DNA from: Promethearchaeota archaeon
GTDB taxonomy: Archaea > Asgardarchaeota > Lokiarchaeia > Sigyniarchaeales > SOKP01
NCBI GenBank assembly: GCA_004524535.1
Contig: SDNY01000035.1
Span: forward strand, 1 to 31,491
Direction: 5' to 3'
DNA: 31,491 nucleotides
In this document: piece by piece, positions 1 to 7,849 of the stretch
Layout of the letters: every line of letters starts with the position of its first letter
How positions within the stretch are numbered: the first letter of the stretch is position 1
Made by a program: the position numbers and the translations under genes
The notes under the pieces: generated by a model
The model's input: only the letters and a program-made list of their open reading frames with translations
The model's database searches: none
Told to the model about the DNA's origin: nothing

Positions 1-179
1 TAGTCCATTTTACTAATTGATAGAAAATAGAATCGCACGAATCATTGAAGGAAACTTGCATTACACTTAAATAAGCGTGATTAATACACAAATAATGTCG
101 AAACAGAAAAATTAAATAATGTTTTAACTATTAAAATATGATCATACTCATTAATGATTCGATAAAAAGGTAATTTTTA

Positions 180-1721
180 ATGCGAAAAGATTTAGAATAT
201 AACGATGCCTTAATAGAACTATGGGTTGATGCTTGCAAAAAATTTGTAGATATTAAAGAAGAAAAATATTTACTCCTAAGTATGGAAAAGTTAAACAATC
301 ATTTGAGAATCCCTCAAAGTCCTGTACAAATATATCATTATTTTTATACATATAATTATTTATGGCAATTTAAAAGCAGATTTTTCACTTTAGAAGATGA
401 TGATTTTTGGAAAATGTTGTTTTATCGTGCACTTTATGAAGAAAAGGATTTTAACCTTACACAAAAAATAATTCCGTTTTTAGAAAATGATATTAAATCA
501 AAAATAACTGACTTAGATTTATTATATAATAAGGCTGAGTCAATTAAAACCAAAATATATTCCTTTGAAGAAGATTCGAATAATTCGTTATCAATTAGTC
601 CAGATTTTATTTTAAATCAAGCAATAATAAGGATAAATTCAGATGGTCTTATCTCTTATCGTATGATATCAGAGAATTATATTATAAATGAGGGAATTAT
701 CTCAAATGAGTTTTGGAACGATACTAAGATGATGGAAATATATAATGATCTTTTTTCAGGACCAGGAGATAAGAAATTTAAATTTAATTTAACGGAATTT
801 GGAAAGTTATTATATATATTTTTACCTAAATTAATAAGAGATGTTTTCAAGCAATTAAAAACAAAAGAGAGGAATTTTACCCCATATATTTATTTTATTT
901 TAAATGATATGACAATTCCATTTGGTTTAGTTTATGACGATAATTTTTTCATGTTAAAATTTTCGAGTGGCTATAAAATTGGTGAACCTCCTCTCGTTGG
1001 AGTCGCTTTTGGACAAGTTGCTCAAGAGGAATCCATAACTAAAACAACATTAAATAAATTTAATGTTTTAATAATTGAAGCTGCAAATGCGAAAAGTCCT
1101 TTAAAATGGAATGAAGAACATAAAAATAAAACACTCATTTTTCCCTTCCCTGATGCTTTTGAAGAATTAAATCATATTACACAATTTTTTAATACCTGTG
1201 AAAACGTAAATCAAATCAGCATCTTATCCGGGGTTAATTCTACTCGTGAAAAGATATTGTTAAATCTTTCACAAAGAGCTTCAAAAATAATTTATTTTGT
1301 AGGAAATATATTTACGAGTAGAATGAGTCCTAAAGATAGTTATTTTCTTACGAACGATAATAACTTAATAACTTTTCAAGAAATCAAATACGCTTTAGAA
1401 AATAATGAATCTAATTCAAAACCATTGTTATTTTTTGATGCCCAATTTTTTAACGTTGATGGGAAAAGATTGAAAAATACTTTAAAAATATTTGGAGAAA
1501 TCGTTAGCCAATTCAACTATAATAAGATTTCAGGAATAATTTATCAAGCTCATTCACTTTTCAATGAAGATACTCGAAAGATCAAGGAAACCTTTTATTT
1601 AAACTTATTTAAGAATGATAGTCAAGGAGTAGCACTTCTAAAAGCCCGACAACAATATAAAAGTAGTATCGCAATTAGTTCAAGTTATATTCTCTTTGGA
1701 AAACCATGGCATAAACTTTAG
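180..1721 (+). CDS. CHAT (caspase-like) domain protein, probably catalytically inactive
   Basis: C-terminal half follows CHAT motif order (IPFGLVYD, AFEELNHI, STREKIL, IIYFVGN, LLFFDAQ, GVALLKARQ, YILFGKP), but the usual H-F-x-G-H-G and L-x-A-C catalytic positions read YFVGN and FDAQ. Confidence 0.6.
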   Translation: MRKDLEYNDALIELWVDACKKFVDIKEEKYLLLSMEKLNNHLRIPQSPVQIYHYFYTYNYLWQFKSRFFTLEDDDFWKMLFYRALYEEKDFNLTQKIIPFLENDIKSKITDLDLLYNKAESIKTKIYSFEEDSNNSLSISPDFILNQAIIRINSDGLISYRMISENYIINEGIISNEFWNDTKMMEIYNDLFSGPGDKKFKFNLTEFGKLLYIFLPKLIRDVFKQLKTKERNFTPYIYFILNDMTIPFGLVYDDNFFMLKFSSGYKIGEPPLVGVAFGQVAQEESITKTTLNKFNVLIIEAANAKSPLKWNEEHKNKTLIFPFPDAFEELNHITQFFNTCENVNQISILSGVNSTREKILLNLSQRASKIIYFVGNIFTSRMSPKDSYFLTNDNNLITFQEIKYALENNESNSKPLLFFDAQFFNVDGKRLKNTLKIFGEIVSQFNYNKISGIIYQAHSLFNEDTRKIKETFYLNLFKNDSQGVALLKARQQYKSSIAISSSYILFGKPWHKL

Positions 1722-1826
1722 ATGGTTATTTCAATTTCTTTAATAATTGAAGAAAAAAAAATAAATAAATTAAAAAATAATAAACAGTAAAATAACAAAA
1801 AAACAATAAAAGAAGTTGATATTATT

Positions 1827-2372
1827 ATGTCAGAAGATTTATTGGAACGAATAAGTGAGTTGGGAACAGAAAATCGAAAATTAAAACAACAAATAGAAAG
1901 TCTTGAAAATCGAATATTAGCCTTATCCGGGACCACCATTATAGAGGCTTCAGGTGAAGGTGATGATAAAGGACTAATTAACAATAAAATAATAGAAATT
2001 ATTCAAACAACAAATGACCAATTAAATATAGTATCACCAATAGTAGATGAATTTTATTTATTAGAATTACAAAAGGCTGCTCAAAGAGGGATCCCAATTT
2101 TATTGATAACACGAGATCGCTATTTATTGGATAAACCCTTAAAAAAGATTTATGACAAATTAAAAAAAACACCAGGAATTAGCTTAATAAATAACCCAAA
2201 CGTAACGTATTTACTCGTTTTTAACACTGAATTAGCTATATATTCTGGTGGGAGTTTAAATCAAAAAGAACTTAGCCGTTCTATCTTAATAATCACTACA
2301 ATATTAGAAGATGTAAAAATTAGAAAAATTGCATCGATTTTTAACGCAATGCTTCCCTCATTTATGCGATAG
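1827..2372 (+). CDS. N-terminal coiled coil plus phospholipase D (PLD)-like nuclease fold, HKD motif degenerate
   Basis: IIEIIQTTNDQLNIVSP, LQKAAQRGIPILLITR and LLVFNTELAIYSGGSLN match PLDc-type segments; no H-x-K; heptad-like N-terminus. Confidence 0.55.
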   Translation: MSEDLLERISELGTENRKLKQQIESLENRILALSGTTIIEASGEGDDKGLINNKIIEIIQTTNDQLNIVSPIVDEFYLLELQKAAQRGIPILLITRDRYLLDKPLKKIYDKLKKTPGISLINNPNVTYLLVFNTELAIYSGGSLNQKELSRSILIITTILEDVKIRKIASIFNAMLPSFMR

Positions 2373-2523
2373 AGGAGATCTTCCCAAGATTTACTTATAA
2401 TTCAGTGTTAAAAAATAAAAAATTATAAATTATAATTTTTCTTGCTAATTTTTAATTGGATTTTTAATAAAGGTTGGTTGCGAGTAAAGAAAACAGATTT
2501 TTGATAAAAAATTTTGATAAAAA

Positions 2524-4719
2524 ATGGTTAAAAATAAAGGTTTAATAAACCGGGAAGAAATCACACGATTATTCGGTTTAAGATCGCACTTTTTTGCTGA
2601 GATAATGCGATATCTTGAGAAGGAAGCTATTTTAAAAAAAGAAAAATTTGATGAAAAATTAAGAATGTTAAGAGGTAATATTTTTAAAGACTCGTCAGAA
2701 TTAAATTCAAATCTCTTTCTTAGGTATACATACTTTGCCTTATTATTGAAAGCACTTCTTATAATTAAGTTAAGCAACATTCAAAATTTAGATTTTGAAG
2801 AATGCTATGAAGATAATATCTCAAATAATTTAGAAGCATTGCATATATTTGAATTTGATTATTTCTTTTGGACGGATTTTAAAAAAAAAGCATTTGAACA
2901 AATTTATAATGCATTAGAATTTACAAAATTTGCTCAACAAGATTTATTCATTGATATCTATCAACAGATCTTCTTTTCCGTCACAAGACACAAGATAGGT
3001 GAATTTTACACACCATCTAATCTTGTACGATTAATAGTTGATGACTATTATGAATTAGGATCGAAGATATTAGATCCCTCATGTGGTTCAGGCAATTTCC
3101 TTATTGATATTATTCTTAAAATTATTAACTCTAAAGAAAGAAATAATTCAATAATAGATGCACTTAACAATGTTTATGGTTTTGATATTAACCCTTTAGC
3201 TGTAATGACTTCAAAAATCAATATTTTATTAATATATTTAGAATCTTTTGATGTTAGAAATGATGAGATGCCCAATCTCAATATTTTTTTACTCGATTCT
3301 TTATTTCCTGATAAATATGAGAATCAGATGTTTATCAACCTTAAGAACTTATATAATTCTTTTGATTTAATAATCGGAAATCCACCATGGTTAACATATA
3401 AAGATTTAGAGAATAAAGATTATCAAACAGAAATTCGCAACCTTGCAAGTAAACTAAAAATTAAACCCCCAAGCCAATATATAACTCATATAGAATTAGC
3501 TACTATCTTTTTTTATCAAATACCATTAAAATTTTTAAAAATAGGAGGCAAAATCTTTTTTGTCATTACTAAAAGCGTTTTAAATGGTGACCATTGTTAT
3601 GAGTTTCGATCATTTTCTTTATTTAATAAAAACTTAGAAATTTGGGATTTTCCTGATAATTATTTTTTCAATATACATCATGTTTGTTTAAAAGCGGAAT
3701 ATATTGGTGAAAATGATATCCCCCTAGAAGAGAAATATCCAATTAAAGCAAAAATATTTGATAAAGATTTAGAACTCCAAGAAGAGACTTATTATTCTAC
3801 CATAAAGTTAGAACAAAAGGGAGCAAAAATAATTATTCCAGTTAATCAACTAGAAATCCTTAGTAAAGTTTCTTATAGTAAGTATAAGGATAAGTTTTTC
3901 CAAGGTGCAACACTAGTCCCAAGAACGCTTGTTTTTTTTAAAATTGAAAAAAAAAAAAATAATCTTTTATTGATTTCTACAGATCGCGATATACTTTCGC
4001 GAGCAAAAAAAAAATGGAATTATTATTTTCAAAATAAAGAAATTGAGGTAAAATTTCATTTTAAAACGTTTTTAAATAGAGATTTAATCCCTTTTTTTTT
4101 AAAAAAGACTAGAAATGTTTTTCTGCCGGTTAATGATAATCTCGAATTCGATTCGGAATATCTTAATCAAAACCTAAAAGCAATTAGTTTTTATAAAGAA
4201 ATAAACGAATTTTATTGTAAAAACAAAAAGAAAACAAGCGATATTGATTCAATATTTTTAAATTTAAATTATTGGAATAAATTAACTAAACAGAATCAAA
4301 ATAAAAACTACTTGGTTATCTATAATGCAAGTGGCTCGAATTTAAAAGCAGCTGTTATAAATAATCGGGAACAAAGAATTATTGTAAGTTCCGAGAATTA
4401 TTATTATTCTACTGATTCTAAAGATGAAGCCTATTATTTATCCGCAATTTTAAATTCACCTATTTTATCGAAAAATATTAAACTTATTAAAAGTTCAAGG
4501 CATATACATAAAAGACCTTTTTCATTCCCAATACCTATATATAACGAATCTAATAAACATAAAGAATTGGCTAGACAGGCAATTAAATGCGAAACAATTG
4601 CTCAAGATCTTTTTATGAAAAATCCTAACATAAATACAATCAAACTTAATATAATTATCAATCATAAATTGAAAAAAATTAACAAATTAGTCGAACAAAT
4701 CGTGTTTAAAAGAAATTAA
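2524..4719 (+). CDS. N6-adenine DNA methyltransferase (Eco57I/type IIG-like MTase with C-terminal target-recognition region)
   Basis: GEFYTP, LDPSCGSGNF (SAM binding), GFDINPLAV, IIGNPPW (catalytic), YYLSAILNS-type C-terminal region. Confidence 0.85.
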   Translation: MVKNKGLINREEITRLFGLRSHFFAEIMRYLEKEAILKKEKFDEKLRMLRGNIFKDSSELNSNLFLRYTYFALLLKALLIIKLSNIQNLDFEECYEDNISNNLEALHIFEFDYFFWTDFKKKAFEQIYNALEFTKFAQQDLFIDIYQQIFFSVTRHKIGEFYTPSNLVRLIVDDYYELGSKILDPSCGSGNFLIDIILKIINSKERNNSIIDALNNVYGFDINPLAVMTSKINILLIYLESFDVRNDEMPNLNIFLLDSLFPDKYENQMFINLKNLYNSFDLIIGNPPWLTYKDLENKDYQTEIRNLASKLKIKPPSQYITHIELATIFFYQIPLKFLKIGGKIFFVITKSVLNGDHCYEFRSFSLFNKNLEIWDFPDNYFFNIHHVCLKAEYIGENDIPLEEKYPIKAKIFDKDLELQEETYYSTIKLEQKGAKIIIPVNQLEILSKVSYSKYKDKFFQGATLVPRTLVFFKIEKKKNNLLLISTDRDILSRAKKKWNYYFQNKEIEVKFHFKTFLNRDLIPFFLKKTRNVFLPVNDNLEFDSEYLNQNLKAISFYKEINEFYCKNKKKTSDIDSIFLNLNYWNKLTKQNQNKNYLVIYNASGSNLKAAVINNREQRIIVSSENYYYSTDSKDEAYYLSAILNSPILSKNIKLIKSSRHIHKRPFSFPIPIYNESNKHKELARQAIKCETIAQDLFMKNPNINTIKLNIIINHKLKKINKLVEQIVFKRN

Positions 4720-4749
4720 TTAGATTTTTCAACAAATTTTTTTGTTTTT
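4591..4749 (+). repeat. Direct repeat copy 1 (3' end of MTase gene plus T-rich tail)
   Basis: 4591-4717 aligns without gaps to 5732-5858 (127 bp, 4 mismatches by eye); the 22-nt tail TTCAACAAATTTTTTTGTTTTT at 4728-4749 recurs at 5863-5884. Confidence 0.95.
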
Positions 4750-4799
4750 GCTTGAGCAAATTCATAAAAGTATTAACATAGTATATCATTTTCTTAAGC

Positions 4800-5360
4800 A
4801 TGGAAGTTAAGCACACGGATTATATTCTAAGGCGTATATTACTTAATGATAGTGATAAAACATTTATTACATCGGATGAAGAATTTAATACCCCCTCAAA
4901 AACATTGAAAGAATTTGTAAGACAAGATAAAGATTGTTATGAGGATGGTATGTTTATAACTTATATTTTTGGTAAAGAAGATAACATATTTGGAATCGCC
5001 CGCATGAAATCCATTTCTTTTAGTGATTTTAAAAAAGAAGTCATTGAAAATGAATTGTTTGACTTAGAAGAGATTAAAGAATATACCGACTTGCAGGTAA
5101 TTTATATGAGTAGAGCTGGCATTTCAAAAGAAGTTGATGGCTTGGGATGGGGAACAATGCTTAGATCCTTTTTAGATGGGCATGCGAGATCTGTCTTTGA
5201 ACATTTTTTATTATATGCTTATATAAACGAACATATGTATAAGTCAATGATAAAGAGCTTTGGAACTGACTTCTTTACGTTATATAAGGTTTCAAAAAAA
5301 CTTTACGACGAGAAATGGAAATGGTATTGGGTTATTTTACGAGAATTTAGTCCTCTTTGA
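4800..5360 (+). CDS. Hypothetical protein, possible GNAT-fold acetyltransferase
   Basis: 186-aa ORF; IYMSRAGISKEVDGLGWGTML resembles GNAT acetyl-CoA binding motif A. Confidence 0.45.
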   Translation: MEVKHTDYILRRILLNDSDKTFITSDEEFNTPSKTLKEFVRQDKDCYEDGMFITYIFGKEDNIFGIARMKSISFSDFKKEVIENELFDLEEIKEYTDLQVIYMSRAGISKEVDGLGWGTMLRSFLDGHARSVFEHFLLYAYINEHMYKSMIKSFGTDFFTLYKVSKKLYDEKWKWYWVILREFSPL

Positions 5361-5628
5361 TTTTATCTCCCACACTCATCCATGTATTATCTTTTATTCC
5401 CGCGAGGAAAGGTTCATAAGGCTCTTTTCCAATTATTGTTGGTTTTGGATGCTTCACTTGGTATTTTTGTCTTAAGTACTCAAGATCATCCGCCGTTAAA
5501 TTATCGATTTCTTCAGGAGATAATTCATTTAATTCCTTTTCCTTCACAATATTATTTAGATCAGCTGATTTTAGATCTTTTTCGTTCCTCTTTTTTTTCT
5601 CAGTTGAATGTACTTTCATATCTTTCAA
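5347..5628 (-). CDS. Small charged hypothetical protein
   Basis: 93-aa K/E/D-rich ORF with protein-like composition, convergent with 4800-5360 (14-bp overlap). Confidence 0.6.
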   Translation of the reverse strand: MKDMKVHSTEKKKRNEKDLKSADLNNIVKEKELNELSPEEIDNLTADDLEYLRQKYQVKHPKPTIIGKEPYEPFLAGIKDNTWMSVGDKIKED

Positions 5629-5731
5629 TCTTTTTAATTCTAATATAATAAAGATTCTCTAAATTTTTATATTTGTTTATTTACATTCAATATTTCAAAA
5701 TGAATGAAAGTAAACTAATTAATTTACAAGT

Positions 5732-5884
5732 GAAACAATTGCTCAAGATCTTTTTATGAAAAATCCTAACATAAATATAATAAAACTTAATATCATTATC
5801 AATCATAAATTGAAAAAAATTAACAAATTAGTCGAATAAATCGTGTTTAAAAGAAATTGAAATTCAACAAATTTTTTTGTTTTT
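5732..5884 (+). repeat. Direct repeat copy 2: relic 3' end of the MTase gene with a CAA>TAA change
   Basis: Translates ETIAQDLFMKNPNINIIKLNIIINHKLKKINKLVE* versus ETIAQDLFMKNPNINTIKLNIIINHKLKKINKLVEQIVFKRN in the intact gene. Confidence 0.95.
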
Positions 5885-5994
5885 ACAAATTTTTAAATTA
5901 CATGAGTTTCTATGATTTAATATTAGTTAATTATTATTACTGAAATAATTAGTAAATTGGTATTATAAAATGTTAAAAAAAGTTAAAAAGCATT

Positions 5995-6001
5995 GGAGGT
6001 G
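5995..6001 (+). promoter_or_regulatory. Shine-Dalgarno site of the GTPase gene
   Basis: GGAGGTG lies 8 nt before TTG 6010 and only 2 nt before TTG 6004, so 6010 may be the true start; TATA-like TATTATAAAA at 5961-5970. Confidence 0.7.
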
Positions 6002-6003
6002 GA

Positions 6004-6690
6004 TTGAGATTGCCCTCCCGTAGAGGAGATGGAACTCTTGTATTCAAGATTTGCTTCTATGGGCCAAGTTTGGGGGGTAAGACAACTGCACTTGAATGGG
6101 TTTATAATCGGGAAGGTTTAGCTTCTGGAGACATGCAACAGATACAAGACCCGACTGGAAGGACATTGTTCTTCGATCGAGTCGTTGCTCGCGTATCGAA
6201 TGTAGTATTCCAATAAATTGAAGATCTCCTTCAGTGAGGAGAAGTCTACACTGTTGCTGGTCAGCGAAGACATAAATTCCAGCGCCAAACCGTTCTTAAA
6301 GGGACAGATGCTTGTATTTTCACGTGGGACTCGCTCATCGATCAAACACAGCTAACTTATGTTGCTGTGGGTTAATGGGGCGAGAACATCTGGTCTCTTA
6401 AGGAACTACTTAAATTTTATGGCGATAAATTAGTCCCTGCAAGTGCCCAGGATCCAACCCCAGAAGTTCCATTAGTACTATTAGCCAATAAGCGTGATTT
6501 AGACGATATCGTGGAGATTTCCAAGATTAGAAATGTGCTCGATACCGCAAAGCTTAACCATTGTCTCATCTACGAGACAATTGCAATCACAGGTATAAAC
6601 GTCAAACGTGCCTTCGTTTATGCGGCTAGGCAAGCGGTCTTGAACCACTACAAAAAGCTTTCCGGAAAATCAATGGAAAGTGCCACCTAA
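6004..6690 (+). CDS. MglA-like (Ras/Arf superfamily) small GTPase in three exons: join(6004..6213,6244..6345,6376..6690), 208 aa
   Basis: All three segments are in one frame. G1 GPSLGGKTT, G2 RTLFFD, G3 VYTVAGQ, then VLKGTDACIFTWDS, G4 LANKRD, G5 ETIAITGINV. Removing two 30-nt inserts gives VVFQ|VYTVAGQ and DSLIDQ|WGENIWSL, colinear with MglA. Confidence 0.92.
6214..6243 (+). other. Putative BHB mRNA intron 1 of the GTPase (30 nt)
   Basis: TAAATTGAAGATCTCCTTCAGTGAGGAGAA, in-frame TAA and TGA. Central helix UUCC(6208-11)/GGAG(6238-41), bulges AA^U and AA^G, exon helix UGUAG/CUACA, intron stem AUUGAAG/CUUCAGU. Confidence 0.85.
6346..6375 (+). other. Putative BHB mRNA intron 2 of the GTPase (30 nt)
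   Basis: ACACAGCTAACTTATGTTGCTGTGGGTTAA, in-frame TAA. Central helix GAUC(6340-43)/GGUU(6370-73), bulges AA^A and AA^U, intron stem CACAGC/GCUGUG plus AAC/GUU, exon helix CUCGCUC/GGGCGAG. Confidence 0.88.
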
Positions 6691-6866
6691 AAAATCTTCT
6701 TAATTTTTTCTTCATTTCAGATAATCTCAGACAATTATAACTTTTTTAATATTTCCTTAAAATTTTTATTGCTTTTAATCGTTATTAGACCTTTTTGTAA
6801 AACCATAAATTTAAAAATAACTTTTTTTATCAAAATTTAACAGAAAAAAAATATTTTTATCAAATA

Positions 6867-7217
6867 ATGACAGAAAAAGAATCAAAGAATTTAATGTTAA
6901 AATGGAATGATGATACTCATGGCTTCGATCCTATTGAGTCTGAAAGTGATATGAACGAGGGGATTTTCATTGAACTCAATGAAAAGGATAAAACATGGAA
7001 ATATTTTTATATCCAAGGAGCATCTTTAATTGCAAGACGTACAGCATTACGAAGTGCGAATGGAATATCTAAAACTGGCTATGTTCATCCTAAATCAGAT
7101 ATTCGATATGGTGTTGAATGTAAACTTATTGAAGAAAAATCACCATATGAAGATATGCCCGATACTCTTCGAAAATCTCAGAGATCTTGGTATAGTGGAG
7201 AATATAAACAATACTAA
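6867..7217 (+). CDS. Hypothetical protein (weak resemblance to a single gelsolin-like domain)
   Basis: 116-aa ORF with ATG start; IFIELNEKDKTWKYFYIQGASLIARRTALRSANGI pattern. Confidence 0.6.
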   Translation: MTEKESKNLMLKWNDDTHGFDPIESESDMNEGIFIELNEKDKTWKYFYIQGASLIARRTALRSANGISKTGYVHPKSDIRYGVECKLIEEKSPYEDMPDTLRKSQRSWYSGEYKQY

Positions 7218-7312
7218 AGTAAAAAAATCTTTATGGAAGGATAGAATTAGTCCATTTAAAAAAGGAATTCCTTTTTTTTTAAAATTTAAAAAGTGGTTTT
7301 TTAGTGAAATTA

Positions 7313-7846
7313 TCACAAATAGACGATTTTTGGTTCCACTTTATCTTTAGAAATTCTTAAATATCCATAAGAATTTATATCTGTAAACTTTTTATCTGTA
7401 GGAGTCCCTGGGTTAAGGTATAACTTACCGTCTCTCCAGAATTCATTATAAGGTCTATGGACATGTCCAAAAATTATAATATCATAAGGTTCTAAATTAT
7501 GAGTTTTATTTAATCTCTTGATAATTATATTAGGGCCTCCCGTGCCATGCGTCATGAAAATTTTATGGCCAAATAATTCAAGTTCGATGGTTTCTGGTAA
7601 TAATTTTTTTAATGTGCGGTCAAAATCCATATTTCCTATAATCCCGATAACTTTATCTTTACCAAAGTTATCGATAAGACTTTGATATGCTTTAAATTTT
7701 TCATAATCACCTAAATGAAACAAATAATCTATTTGATTTTCTTTAAAATCATCTATAATAACTTGAGGGATTTGAGGACCTCTTGAAGGAATGTGAGTAT
7801 CAGATATAAGCCCAATTAAAAGTTCATCTTTATTTGTCTTTATCAT
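7313..7846 (-). CDS. YfcE/MJ0936/Vps29-family metallophosphoesterase
   Basis: ISDTHIP, FHLGD, GNMD, MTHG, FGHVH and LNPGT metal-binding motifs. Confidence 0.9.
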   Translation of the reverse strand: MIKTNKDELLIGLISDTHIPSRGPQIPQVIIDDFKENQIDYLFHLGDYEKFKAYQSLIDNFGKDKVIGIIGNMDFDRTLKKLLPETIELELFGHKIFMTHGTGGPNIIIKRLNKTHNLEPYDIIIFGHVHRPYNEFWRDGKLYLNPGTPTDKKFTDINSYGYLRISKDKVEPKIVYL

Positions 7847-7849
7847 ATT

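Noticed and set aside
6118-6345. Minus-strand 75-aa ORF and other short overlapping ORFs in the track (e.g. 1718-1984, 2445-2780, 5382-5648, 7030-7350, 8763-10104 set, 13786-14034, 23977-24219, 30406-31122 set)
   Set aside because: Antisense or out-of-frame shadows of well-supported genes, with no recognisable motifs.
6214-6375. Stop-codon readthrough, selenocysteine/pyrrolysine recoding or an alternative genetic code as explanation for the in-frame stops
   Set aside because: The stops are mostly TAA, which ends many normal genes here. Readthrough would leave 10 extra residues inside conserved motifs, whereas exact 30-nt removal restores colinearity.
6423-6458. Possible third intron in the GTPase (Pro-rich KLVPASAQDPTPE loop)
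   Set aside because: The best BHB-like fit has a C-C mismatch in the central helix and would remove 29 nt, breaking the frame; the segment has no stop and is probably coding.
6004-6690. Simple pseudogene or transposon footprint
   Set aside because: No frameshifts or stops outside the inserts, no target-site duplication beyond 1-2 A residues, and the inserts base-pair with flanking exon sequence.
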